From positions 21,588,632-21,652,631 of the forward strand of contig JAHRHZ010000021.1 of NCBI GenBank assembly GCA_024137785.1: a DNA stretch of 64,000 nt, given 5' to 3'. This DNA is from Ginglymostoma cirratum (taxonomy: Eukaryota). The notes beneath the pieces were generated by a model. That model saw only the letters and a program-made list of their open reading frames with translations, ran no database searches and was not told the origin of the DNA. Numbering within the stretch: the stretch's first letter is position 1; every line of letters starts with the position of its first letter. Shown here one piece after another: positions 37,270 to 50,165 of this stretch. A program made the translations under genes and the position numbers.

Positions 37270-38945
37270 AAGAGTCGTAAAGTTAGACAGCACGGAAACT
37301 GACCCTTTGGTGCAACTCGTCCTTGCTGACCAGATATCCCAATCTGACTTAGTCCCATTTGCCAGCATTGGACCCATATCCCTCTAAACTCGTTCTATTC
37401 GTATGCCCATCCAGATGCCTTTTAAAATGTTGTAATTGTACCAGACTCCACCACTTCCTCTGGCAGCTTGTTCCTTACATGCACCATCCCCTGTGTGAAG
37501 AAGGTCCTTTTTAAATCTTTCCTCGCTCACCTTAAACCTATGCCCTCTAGTGTTGGACTTCCCTACCCTGGGAAAAAGACTTTGGCTATTCACCCTAACC
37601 ATGCCCCTCATGATTTTATAAACTTCTATAAAGTCACCCCTCAGCCTCTAACATTCCAGGGAAAAAAACCCCAGCTTGTTCAGCCTCTCCCTGTAACTCA
37701 AACCGTCCAGTCCGGGCAACATCCTTGTAAATCTTTTCTGCACCCTCTCAAGTTTAACAACATCCTTCCTATAGAAGGGAGAACAGAATTGTATGCAGTA
37801 CTCTAAAAGTGGCCTTATCAAGGTTCTGTACAGCCACAACATGACATCCCAACTCCTATGCTCAATGTTCTGACTGTTGAAGGCAAGTGTGCCAAATGCT
37901 TTCTTCACCACCCTGTCTACCTGTGACTCTATTTTCAAGGAACTATACAACTGTACCCCTTGGTCTCTTTGTTCAACAATATTCCCCTCGGCCCTATCAT
38001 TAAATTGATTAAGTCCTGCCCTGGTTTGCCTTAACAAAATGCAACACCTCGTATTTATCTAAATTAAACTCCATCTACCACTTCTCAGCTCATTGGCCCA
38101 TCTGATCAAGGTCCTGTTTACTTTGAGGTAATCTTCTTCACTGTCCACTACACCACCTATTTTGGTGTCATCTGCAAATTTATCAACCGTACCTCCTATT
38201 TTCCCATCAAAATCATTTTTATAAATGACAAAAAGCAGTGAACTCAGTACTGATTCTTGTAGCACACCATTGGTCACAGGCCTTCAGTCTGAAAAGCTAC
38301 CCTCTACCACCACCCTCTGTCTCCAACCTTCAAGCCAATTTTGTATCCAATTGGCTACTCCCCTCGGATTCCATGTGATCTAACCTTACTAACCAGTCTA
38401 CCTTGTGGAATCTTGTCAAATGCTTTACTGAAGTCCACATGTACAATGTCTACCATTCTGCCTTCATCAATCTTCTTTGTCAACTCTTCAAAAAACTCAA
38501 TCAAGTTAGTGAGACACAATCTTCCATGCACAAAAGCCACGTCGACTACCCCTTAACCAGCCTTTCCTTTCCAACTGCAAGTAAATCCTGTCCTTCAGAA
38601 TCCCCTGCAACAAGTTACCCACCACTGACATAAGGCTAACTGGCCTGACTTTTCCTTACAGCCTCTTCTAAATGATGGAACTGCAATAGCCAACCTCCAG
38701 TCTTCTGGCACCTCACCTATGACTGTCAATGATACAAATATCTCAGCAAAGGGTCCAGCAAGCTCTTGTAGGTTCCGACAAAATTCTGCGAAATACCTGA
38801 TTAGGTCCCAGAAATTTAGCTAACTTTATGCATGTCAAGACCGCCAGCACCTGCTCTTTTGTCATGTGAACTATTTTCAAGCCATCACTTTTTATTTCCC
38901 CAAGTTCCTTAGCTTTCAGGTCCTTCTCCACAGTAAATACTAACG
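37270..38945 (-). mobile_element. CR1 LINE ORF2 RT region and 3' tail, decayed
   Basis: CLTNLIEFFEELTK, VDFSKAFDKIP, KFADDTKIGG, LYRTLIRPLLEYCIQF. Confidence 0.92.
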
Positions 38946-38967
38946 GGAAATATTTGTATTGTATTTA

Positions 38968-39548
38968 AGGTTTTAGCAAAGATTTGTAGCTGGGGTTGTG
39001 GGTGAGGTTATTGACTTGCTTGCGAGCTGGCTTGTTTTCGTTCATATGTTTCATCGCCATGCTAGGTAACATCATCAGTGCAGCCTCCAATGAGGCGATG
39101 TTGTTCTACTCCGTTTGGAATTTATACTGTCTGGTCCGTTGTGGTGAGTACTGTCATTTCCGGTTTTGATCTGTATGGGTTTATATATGGGGTCCAATTC
39201 TATATGTTTGTTGATTGCATTATGGGTTGCGAATCATGCCTCTAGGAATTCACGTGCATGTCTATGTTTGGCTTGGGTTACTATGGTTACGTTGTTCCAG
39301 TTAAACTGATGGCCTTCATTGTCTGAGTGTTCTGATATTAAGAAAAGTTTGTTGTGTTGTTTTTCTGCTAGTTGATGTTCCTGTATTCTGATGGCTAGTT
39401 TCCTCTTGTCCAGCCGAAGTAATGCTTGTGGCAGTCGTTGCATGGTATTTTGTAAACTATGTTGATTCTGGGAGTGGGGCCTTTAATCCTTGTGAATGTT
39501 TGTTGTTGAATGGCTGTGGGCTTGTGTGCCACCATGATTCCTAGTGGT
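38968..39548 (-). mobile_element. Penelope-like element 3' part (second family; GIY-YIG + pLTR with hammerhead core at 39041-39084)
   Basis: RKLAIRIQEHQLA...HQFNWNNVTIVTQAKHRHAREFLEA; minus strand CTGATGA-tgttacctagcatggcgat-GAAA. Confidence 0.8.
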
Positions 39549-39880
39549 TATAGGAGAAAGTCCACTCCCCCTCCTCTCTTGCCTCCCTTTTATCCTTCCT
39601 ATGGCATCTATACCTGCAACATTAAGCTGCCAGTCTTGTCCCTTCCTGAGCCATGTTTCTACAATAGCTATGATATTCCAGTCCCATGTTCCCGACCATG
39701 CCCTAATTCCATCTCCCTTAACTGTCCAGCCTCTTGCATTGAAGTAAATACAGTTTAATTTACCATTCATATCTCATTCTCTGTCAAGCCCTTGTCTGCC
39801 TTGACTATTCGACTTGCTCCCCTTACCTACTATACCAGGCTCATACCAGCTACTGTTTTTTCACTATTGCTTTGGTGGAA
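39549..39880 (-). mobile_element. CR1 ORF2 N-terminus (APE endonuclease)
   Basis: KLNCIYFNARG...WDWNIIAIVETWLRKGQDWQLNVAG. Confidence 0.85.
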
Positions 39881-40189
39881 TGTCCACCAACTATGTTCGA
39901 CGTTGTGAGTTGTTCACTCTCACATAAATTTCTGACCTTTGTGATGAATGTGTGGACATACAATGAGATTTTGACATCTGAATTGAACTAGAACCATAGA
40001 TACAGTCTCACCAGTGGAAAACCAGAACATTTTATCAGTGGTCTGACCATTTCCCCACAGCTTATAAACACACTTAGCTCATAGCAACACTCTTCACCCT
40101 GGACCCTGGTTTAGAATCTAAATGCCAATTGGAAGTATTGTCATATCATTTGGTAGTTTTCTTCCCCCTCACTTGTACAATAGAGTTAG

Positions 40190-40393
40190 GCAATCAGCAA
40201 GCTCAGTTGGCTGAACAGCTAGTTTACAATACCAACAGCAGGTATTCACTTCCTGTAATGGTGGAGGTTACTCTGATGGTCCCACCCCCTCAACCTCTTC
40301 CCTTGCCTGAGGCGCTGAGTATAAGCCACCACCAGCCATCTTTCTCTGATGAAGAAGCAACCCTGTGATCCTCTGGGACCAAGGTGACTTTAT
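40190..40393 (+). mobile_element. tRNA-derived SINE (third family); partial minus-strand copy at ~55850-55950
   Basis: A-box-like gctcagttgg head; 3' half matches the reverse complement of 55850-55950. Confidence 0.55.
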
Positions 40394-40753
40394 GAACTAA
40401 TTACAAAGGCAGATTTCAGCACACATTCTCTTTTTCTTTGAAGTGAAATCATCCTGAGGTTATAGGGAAAGATGAGTCTGTCTTCATCCTGATAAACAAT
40501 GATCTTTATTAACTATTTGCACAATATATATTTAAGTGGGTAGGAGAAGGCATTTCCAAAAACCTGCAGGCTATGTCCTAGTTCCATTTGCTCCTTATGT
40601 CAACAGGCATCACTTACATCAAACACTATTTGTTAGAACAAGAGGACTTACCCATTATTCTACACTGCTCATCTGACATAAAGTCAGCACAGAAACTATT
40701 CAAACCCCGTAAAAGCAGTGTGCAAGTTATGTCATGGTGTTACTATCAGAATA

Positions 40754-40952
40754 CAGGGGGTCCTAAATTTACTAACGTCTGATTTACGAACATGATTGCA
40801 TACAGTGGTACATTAATATTAATTTTAATGACCTGACATATGAACTTTTCCTCATATTTATGAATGGCTATTTTATATTGTTGTGCTACGTGTTCCAACG
40901 TGTACCAATCGACTTTCAAACGGACTCAAGAATAGAACTCATTCGCAACCTG
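40754..40952. mobile_element. Tc1/mariner (Tigger/pogo-like) MITE
   Basis: TA-cagggggtcc...ttacgaac start and ttcgcaacctg-TA end; TA dinucleotide on both sides. Confidence 0.55.
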
Positions 40953-42879
40953 TACAGGAAAACGCCTTGTGAAGTTTGACCTGCGGGATTTTTTCCTTTA
41001 CAGATCCCAACTTGAATTGTTTTACCAATCTTTAATTTACAATCAAATACATTCTTAAATTTTACCTAATAAACATGCAGTCTCTTCCTGTTTTTATATG
41101 TTTTTAGAGTCAATGGGAAACAGGGAAAAATAAAAATTGTTTTTTCCTGGAGTTCAGCATGAATTTCCAGGTGCCCCCTCTGGATGTTAACATTCTGGCA
41201 TGTTGACATGACTTGCTAATCCAGACAGAAGCAACCTTTAAAACTGTCCCCTGGTCAATAAGATGCTGCATGTTTCTGTTCAAAATTTCAGGTGACAGCT
41301 AAGTGAAATGTACAAACATTATTGTAACTGCAACAGAGAACCAAGTTAGATCTTTGAAAGATTTGATCACAACAGTAACATGATTTTGCAGGATTTTTTG
41401 AATTGTTACAGGGAGATTTCCTGCCCCAACTCTGGAAGAGTCTGTGGGGAATATATCCTGACCCCATCACTGCGGCCCCCACTATTTAATATTCAGCTGG
41501 AGGCCCCACGTCTGTCCGTCACTTGGGTGAAGTTTCTCTCTTAAAGAGTTGCCAGCAAATCTGATTGGTTGTCCCAGCAGTGCCAGTGCCAGTGGTAGAC
41601 AAGACTGGAACTACAAGCTGTCCTCAGATTTTAATCACCTAGTCCAAGACCAGGCCAATGTCACGTGTTGGTACATTCCTAAATTAATCTAGTTACTGTG
41701 CCTGATAACTTCTTATTTATTTAAGTGAATGAACAAATAAAAAGGTGCAATTTGCCTGGCACTTGTTATTGTTAGAAAAAGATATGCATCACTGTAGCTA
41801 CACAGGACTGCCATTCTATTTCTTTAACCACAAGTTATTCTTGTTGTAAATATTTAATTTTGCAGAGCAGGAAATTTTGTCTGGCTCCTGGCAACCAATA
41901 ATGATGATCCTGCCAACATCGCATTTTGAAGTTTCTCTTGCTTTATTGCCCTTAAGTATTTATGAGAAGTACTCCTTTATTTTTGCAAGTGTTCCTCCTT
42001 AGCGCTTAGACTGCACTTTGCTCTCACTTCCTTTACACTAAATGTGACAAAATGTAAAAACAAAATTTAGGCTCCATTGTTTGACACTTTCAATATTGAA
42101 TAGAGGATCATCCACAGTAGGAATCTGCTAATGGCCGAAAACCACAACGTACATAGCACTGCAATTACTGGCCCTCAATGCAGTGCATTTGACCAATAGA
42201 AATATGTATGAAATAGTTATTTGTGAAACATGAAAATTTTAGTCTGGGGAGAAGTTCTTACGATTATACGCTTATGTTCTGTTTCAAAACCTTTTTTCCC
42301 ATTTAACTTGTTCAAAGGCCTGTTCTAACACCACTACCCAGCCTTCCAAGCAAAGACGATTGGCCAAGATATGCACGGTTGTAAAGAAAGGTTACTTATT
42401 CACCAGAAGCAAGCAAAACAAAAATATGGATTTAGAAAAGAAAGTGTTTCAGAAGGCAATTTGAGCTACTCGGCTTTTGTCAGCATTTTAGCTCATATTC
42501 AATCATCTTTTTTACCATCTTCACAGTTTGCATTGTTCATTTTACACATGATATCAGAGACACCAATGGATGATGACATCCATTGTTCCAATATAAACTC
42601 AATTAATTGGAATAAAGAAGTCTCAAGTTTTCCACATTGTGCTATGTAAATGTCTCCACTGAAAAGGTGCTCCAAATGTTGATTCAGTATTTACATGATG
42701 TGTTACCTGATTTTTCTTGTGCATTTTCCTTTCATCAGCTTTAGTCAATGCGCCATCCTCTGTTCTATTGTTCAGCTTTATATCAAACTACGTATCAAAT
42801 TTGCATCCGAGATAAACTGACCCCGAAATTCACCCATTTTTGGAAGTGAGAATTAGGGTTCATGGCCTGTCCAATATCA

Positions 42880-43335
42880 TAGCTCCATGTCATATTTATG
42901 GCCCAGGAGGAGAACTTTAGAGTCATTGTGAATCTGTTGGCCGTCTGAAAGAGCCATTCCATGAGTGCCTCTTCACTGCTTTCTCTCCAGCCCTGATTAT
43001 TCTTCCTTTTCAGGGATAATCCACTTCCTTCTTTGAATGCCTTAATTGAACATGCCTCCACCATACTCTTAGGCAGTTTTGCATTCCTGGATGCACTCAC
43101 ATAAAATAAATGTTTCTGCATGTGCCCATTGCTTCTATTTGTCATTAACCCCAAATCTGTGCCCTCTGATTCTTGATCCTTCCAGCTATGGGAACAGCTT
43201 CTCTCTCGCTACTTTGTCCAGATTCTGCATGATTTTAATAACATATCACATTTCCTTCCCAACTTCTCTTCTTTGATGACAACAGTCAAATCTTTCTTAT
43301 CTATCAATGCAATTGGAGTTCTTCATGCCTGGAAG
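42880..43335 (-). mobile_element. Decayed CR1 3' end
   Basis: LPKSMVEACSIKAFK on the minus strand; colinear with 11043-11460. Confidence 0.65.
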
Positions 43336-44588
43336 GCAGATTGCACATTTAGTGTTGTCTCCTATCTGATGGCAGTGATGGTCTGAACTGGGTCACATTA
43401 ACCAAGCAATCAGCAGGAGGCCCTGCAGTGTACTGGTATCAGCCAGCCTTCTCCTCTTAAAGTCAAACTGTCCCTCTCAAAGGGGAGCAACACACCGTGG
43501 ATGAGAACTGTTGTCAGCTTCCAATGTTGAAACTGGCTTCTTTTATGAGCTGTACAATTGGAGCACCATCAAAGAGGGAGGGTTTCTATGTTTATAGATG
43601 GGACACTGAAATGTTTGTTAGGGAGGAGGAGAGAGTCCATGTTTCTCTGAAGCCATAAGGAGAATTCTTCACAGGAAATGGGAATACGTGACCAGGGTGA
43701 AAAGTTTGGCCCTGACAGCAGTGGCATAATAAGTGTAATGGCTTCACACAAGTGGTCAAGGTCAATAAATGCATCTTGAATTCACCTCTTATCCAATGCA
43801 CCAACAATCTCTTATGCTGTTCAATGCACCAAACTGCATCACTTAAATACAGCAGGCTTGCGACTACAGCCCCTGTACTAATTACGAGCTTTATGTGAAT
43901 ATTTCATCTGTTCCTCTGACCAATCTATGAGGATGCTGTTAGTTATGACTCACAACAACCTCTCCAAATTATTCCTCATTACTTTTAATCAATGGCCACT
44001 TCAGGGCTTCCTCCCATTGCCACTGTGATTTCTCCCATGGCAGGGAAGGCTGTGGCCAAGTGTCAAGGCTGCCAGGTGGAACCTACTGGCAGTATGGCTG
44101 GGCTGTGAGTGTGTCTCTTGGTTGGGCACATTGTGCCCATTGGAAATCCCATTCTTGAGATCATACGCCTTTACGATTCCCCCCTCCCACCTGCCCTGTT
44201 GTCTTCTGACCCCAAGCCCCAACACGAGGCCTGCCAGCCTATCCCTAGTGAGACTCCAGACTTGCCTTCCTCCCGTCTACATGCCTCCTCATCTTTGGGA
44301 TTGCATCCAATCCCTGCAGGGGCCACTCGTCCTGCTGATATTGCCAGTCATTAAACTGACCATGGAGTGACACCCAATGCAAACCAACTTAAAGGTCCAA
44401 AAGTCATTAATTGGCCTTGAACATGTTCAACAAATGCAGACAGGCTCAGTTCCGACTTTTATAGTGGGACAGGGGCGAGAGATGCCATCATTGCTTTATA
44501 AAATTCAGCCGCTGAATACTTCTTCACCACTGTGTACCATGCTTTGAATATTTATTCTTGAATATCTTGGTGGTGAACCTGTTATGAA

Positions 44589-45024
44589 GGCTGAATTTTG
44601 ACCAGGGCACCCTTCACTCTTAGCAAGACCTTTTTCTGATTTTCCGAGGGGAAATCTCTCAAAAGAAATTTCTGAAGCTTCAGGTGCTGCCTTCTCTTCC
44701 TATGACCATCGCTTTCATTAAACGTTTGACTCCACTGCTACCGCCCAACACACACACAAACACACACACACACACCCCCCAACCTCTGCTAAAAGGGCAT
44801 TAACGGCTTGGTCTTCCCATAGATTAGGATCAATTCACCATGGGCAAAACATGGGTTGTCTGGTAAAATGGCCATTAATAGAGTCTATGCATATTCAAAT
44901 TGGCTGTTGTCTGTCTTTACTGATGACAAGACTTTGTCATGGAGCTGATCCAGTTTGGCTTGCTGTGATTTTACCGGCTTCCTGCCTACATTTCAGTTTC
45001 TGGGGACCCAGTAAAATTCTGTCC
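44589..45024. mobile_element. Putative Harbinger-type MITE
   Basis: Imperfect terminal inverted repeats ggctgaatttt / aaaattctgtcc; internal (CA)n. Confidence 0.4.
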
Positions 45025-45109
45025 AGGTTTGCCCTGCTCCTAGATCTTGCACTCAAACCAGTGAGATCTAGAGCCTTACAATTCTTACCCATGAAGTTTG
45101 AGAATCTCA

Positions 45110-45277
45110 AACATTCGGATATAAAAGGCATTTGGACAGATATGTGGATAGGAAAGGTTTAGAAGGATATGGGGCCAAACACAGGCCAATGGAATTAGTC
45201 AGTTTAGAAAACCTGGTTTGCTTGGATGAGTTGGGCAGAAGGCCCTGCTTCTATGCTGTAAATTTCTATGACTCTAA
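45110..45277 (+). mobile_element. CR1 3' tail fragment
   Basis: Matches the reverse complement of 37270-37430. Confidence 0.7.
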
Positions 45278-47277
45278 ACCTTTTACTCAGGCAATGGATC
45301 AATAATGGTAAAGTTACAAATAATTTAAAGAAATTGGCATTAAATTTGCAATCTTAGTTAAATTAAGTAACTTGGTGTAGGCTTGTAACCACTATTGCCA
45401 CAATATAAAAATATTGTTTTGAGTCTGCTGGATAAATGCAATGTAAAATATTGTCTGGATGTTTGTGGGGCATGTTCAGTGGCAGGAAGCTTGTGGCAGG
45501 ATGTCAGTTTTACGTAGTGAGAACACAAGCAGCTCCACATTGCTGCTTTCACAGCACTGCAAAAACAGCTCTAGTTTATGGGCAATGTTCTGTCCTGTAA
45601 ATATAGATTCCTAATGAGTGTTTGCCCTTGAAACATCTGCTAAATTTCGAGCTATAAGTTAAGTTGCGAGCGTATGATGAAATAACCACCTTCCACCCCC
45701 ACAACTACTCAACCTCAGCAATATCTACTTAAGTAAAATACACTTAAGCAGTTTCCGTCAGTGTAAGCACACTGTCAGTGGTACATGGCATTACTCTATT
45801 TTAGTCCAACAGAGGCTCGATCCAAAAAGAAACGTGATATTCCTGTGTTAAATTACCAAAACCATACATGGTAAGAAACCACCTGTTTTGCTCTAACCTT
45901 CATAAAACACAACAGTCTGTTAAACACACCAGGCAAAATTGCAGAAACCCAAATGAAACATAGAGATAGATTTATTCCAGTGGATTTTCAACGGTACTGC
46001 TCATGGCTAGTCTTATTTGGGATCTTCAGCTGCAAACCTGGTTTGTGCCCTGAGATCACTGCTCAGATTAGGCAATTCCAGGTAATTATAGCCATTTATA
46101 ACTGTTGAGTTCAATCAAAGGTCAGTCAAAACTGCCTATAAATTCCTGCTTCCCAGGATGTTGGCTGATTTTCTTAAGTTTTCTTTCCCTCTGTAACAAA
46201 GTACACCAACCAGCATGTGGTTTTATGGATGTGTGCTAGGTACCAGAGAAACATATTGTTGGATTGAAATGCAACCATGTACAAATGTCTGTCCTAGTCT
46301 TTCTAAGTGACCTCTACAATGAGGCACACAACCTGAAGGCAGATTTCTTAAGCTCCACTTCAATAAACTCTCCATATTGAACAATCTACTGTTGTACACT
46401 TGAAACATATGTCGGGTCCAAAATTTCATGAGCCTTCGATCTAGGTTTAATGACTGTGACCTCCCCTCACAGGTGACCAAAGTTAATTGGTCTTTGCTGG
46501 TCTCTGGGCCTCAAATGATCCACCTCAAAAGTCTGTCCGGCCCAACACGCTGCAAAATTCAGGGGAATTCACTCATGCTGACAGCAAACTAAATACTTGC
46601 CACACTACACCAAAATACACTGCACTGTAACAGAGCAGAAGAGAATCCTTTAAATTAAATTCTTTCCACAGTGGAGGACATATCTGAGGTTGGTTCTCTG
46701 AGAATAGTTGCACTTCTTTTGATCACACCTCTTATTTCTTGATGCTACGAACCACCATATCAGAAACAAGGGTTCTTAGCTCTGATCATTTTCCTCTTGT
46801 GTCACCGGCCTTGATATGGGTTAGTGGGAGCCCTTAATGAGTTCTTTGGAAATGCCTGCACACATTTGGGAAGTGAATAACCAGACCCCAGCCTAAATTT
46901 CAGTCCTTCTGATAGAGTTGCAGATGGACTCTGCAGAACTGTGGTGTAGCTACGCCACATGAACTCCATGACTCAAGAAGGCTGGTCAATGCCACCATCC
47001 CAAGGACAATTAGCAATGAGCAGTAGATGTTGGCCTAGCCAGTAATGTTCACATGTCCAGAATAGATAAATAAAGATAATGGGTTACCTTGGGCATCTGA
47101 CCTCATAGCTCAATACATTGCCATACTTTGTTACCAAGGTATTTTTCCTTTAGTCATGTAGCACAGTATATTAGGAATGTTGGGGGCTATTGCTACATTC
47201 TGTATTGACAATAAGGTGAACAGCTCTTGTGCGATTTGAATTTCAAATTTCAAGCCTGTGCAAAAGTACACCAAATT

Positions 47278-48755
47278 TTTATATTCACTCATGGGACATG
47301 GGCATTGCCGGCTGGCCAGCATTTATTGCCCATCCCTAATTGCCCTTGAGAAGATGGTGGTGAGCTGCCTTCTTGAACCACTGCACAATGTCCTTAGAGA
47401 GGGAAGTCTAGGATTTTAACCCAGTGACAGTGAAGGAACGGCGATATGCTTCCAAGTCAGGATGGAGAGTGGCTTGGAGGAGAAATTGCAGATGGTGGTG
47501 TTCCCATGTGTCTGCTGTCCTTGTCCTTCTAGATGAAAGTGGCCTAAGGATTCTTGGTGAGTTTCTGCAGTACATCTTGTAGATAGTGCACGCTGTGGCT
47601 ACTGCGCATCAGTGGTGGATGAAATAGATGCCTATGGATATCATGCCAATCAAGCAGGCTGAGTTTTCCTGGATGGTGTCAAGCTTCTTGAGTGTTGTTG
47701 GGCCTGCACTTATCCAGGCAAGTGGGGAGTATTCCATCATACTCCTGACTTGTGCTTTGTAGATGGTGGACAGGCTTTGGGGAGTCAGGAGGCGAGTTAC
47801 TCACAACAGTATTCCTAGCCTCTGACCTGTTCTTGTAGTCACTGTATTTATGTGGTGAGTCCAGTTCAGTTTCTGGTCAATGGTAACTCCCAGGATGTTG
47901 ATAGTGGAGGATTCTGTATATCAAGGAACAGTGGTTAGATTGTCTCTTATTGGAGATGTTCTTTGCCTGACATTTGTATGGCACAAATCTTAATTGCCAT
48001 TTGTCAGTCAAAGCCTGGAAATTGTCCAGATCTTGTTTCATTTGAACATGGACTGCTTCAATATCTGAGGAGTTGCGAATCATGCTGAACATTGTGCAAT
48101 CATCAGTAAACATCCTTCTTCTGACCTTATGATGGAGGGAAGGTCATTGATGAAGCAACTGAAGATGGTCGGGCCTAGGACACTACCCTGAGGAACTCCT
48201 GCAGAGATATCCTGGAGCTGAGTTGGCTGACCTCCAATCACAACAACCATCTTCCAATGTGCCAATCAGCAGAGAATTTGCTCCCTGCTACCCTAGGGCT
48301 CCTCGATGCTACAGCCTTGATATCAAGGGCTGTCACTTTCACCTCACCTCTAGAGTTCAGCTCTTTTGTTCATGGTTGAACCAAGGCTGTAATGAGGTCA
48401 GGAGCTGAGTGACCCTGGAAGAACCCAACTGGGCATCACTGAGCAGGTTATTGCTGAGCAGATGCTGTTGATGACACCTTCTATCACTTTACTGATGATT
48501 GAGAGTTGACTAATGGAGTAGGAATTGACCAAGTTGGATTTGTCCTAATTTTTTGTGTACAGGACATACGTGGGCTGTTTTCCACTTTATCAGTTAGACA
48601 CCACAGCTGTAACTGTACCGGAACAGCTTGGCTAGGGCAATGGAAAGTCCTGGAGCTAAGTCTTCAGTACTATTGCCGGAATGTTGTCAGGGCTCATAGC
48701 CTTTTCAGTATCTAATGCCTTCAACAGTTTCATGTTATCACATACAGTGAATCAA
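47278..48755 (-). mobile_element. Decayed CR1/L2-group LINE (RT to 3' tail)
   Basis: SAGVPQGSVLGPTIFSCFINDLP, MFTDDCTMF, DKWQLRFVPYKCQ; 3' tail shared with the SINE at 57065-57410. Confidence 0.85.
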
Positions 48756-48943
48756 AATTTAAAATTTGAAAAGCTTTACACACTTATTCAAAGGTAGCTG
48801 GCCAAATTATGTTGAAGCAGATACTGGAGGTCTCTATCACTTATATTCCAATTTAACAGAGGATGTGGCCTTATCCAACAATATTAAACTTGTCCACCTC
48901 AGGAAAGTCCAGCAGAATCAGTGTCTGATGAATATTTGTAATA

Positions 48944-49830
48944 TGTTATTATAACCATCATCATGTTTAGGTAATAATGAATCAGAATTTAGGTAGTAAT
49001 GGTAAATGGTTTTAGTTTCATAGTTCTGTGCTTTTAAAGTTTAGAAATATTATTTTAGCAGTGGGTCAAACAGCATTTCAGAGAAATCACATGACTTAAG
49101 CTAAAGTGAGCCAGAGACATAATTGCTGAAGTGTTTAAGGTTGAGCTTTTAAGACTTACAGACAGAGAAGCCAGAAGCTGGAGCTGACGCAGTTCAAAAC
49201 AAAAGATCCATTCCACCGTAAGGCTATAAGACACTGGAAACAGCGTTAAGCCATTTGGCCCACTGAGCCCAGCAGAAGGGCTTTGAACATCAGCGCCGGA
49301 AAGAAGTCTGAAGCTGCTTCATCAGTCCAATAAGACAGGGCTGGAAAAAGCCCTGGGTTTCCATTAGAGATCAGTGAGGAAAAAGTCAGCCAGTTAGCTT
49401 GTGTTTGTATACCTCAGAGAGAGACAGTAATAGCAAGAATCACATGTGGTGAATGTGGAGAAATCCACCAAGGACACTGTTTGTGACCTTGTCAGTTATA
49501 TAAGAAATTGAAGAGTTAAGATAGGTGTAATATTTCACTGGGGCTGAATGCCTGTAAAGGATATTGCTAGGAATATATGGTGACTCTTCCTTTTTTTGCT
49601 GCTTATGATAAGATCTTTCCAAATTATCTGATATAAAATCTTCAATTTATTTACTTTGTGTGATAAACTTAATTCATTTGTTAAAAGTACATGAGCAACA
49701 TTCTGCATGTATGTTCAATGATTGACTATCGCAGTAACCAACTTGCAAAAATAAAACTTATGGACTATCAAGCCAAGTTTCACTTTGGAATCTGACTTAT
49801 CCAATATTACCATCAGCTGTGATCATTACA
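48944..49830 (+). mobile_element. Possible solo LTR (Gypsy-type)
   Basis: tgttat...attaca termini with AATAAA-like signals near the 3' end; TSD not found. Confidence 0.35.
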
Positions 49831-50059
49831 AATGCTTAGAACGGTGGGTGAGTGAAAGGGCTTACCCAAAGATGAACACAAGAGGTTCCTAAGGCCCAGG
49901 AGAAGGGAATGCACAAGATACAAAATACCAAGGCCTACACCTGAGGTTGGGGGTAGGTGGAGGAGGATTGCAGTGTTAAGCGGATATTTTCCAAGCACTA
50001 CCAGGACAACAGCAATCATTGGCCAAGTAGACTGTCAGTTTGGGTTGTCTACACACAAA

Positions 50060-50165
50060 AAGGAGTTCTAAGGAAGGGTCACTCAACCCAAAAACATTAA
50101 CTCTGATTTCTCTCCACAGATGCTGTCAGACCTGCTGAGACTTTCCAGCAATTTCTGTTTTTGTT
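50060..50165 (+). mobile_element. Penelope pLTR fragment
   Basis: Matches 9473-9576. Confidence 0.75.

Noticed and set aside
39024-39033. gagctggctt match to the Tx1 target motif inside a Penelope pLTR
   Set aside because: Only 10 bp, no preceding A-tract or Tx1 sequence; compatible with chance.
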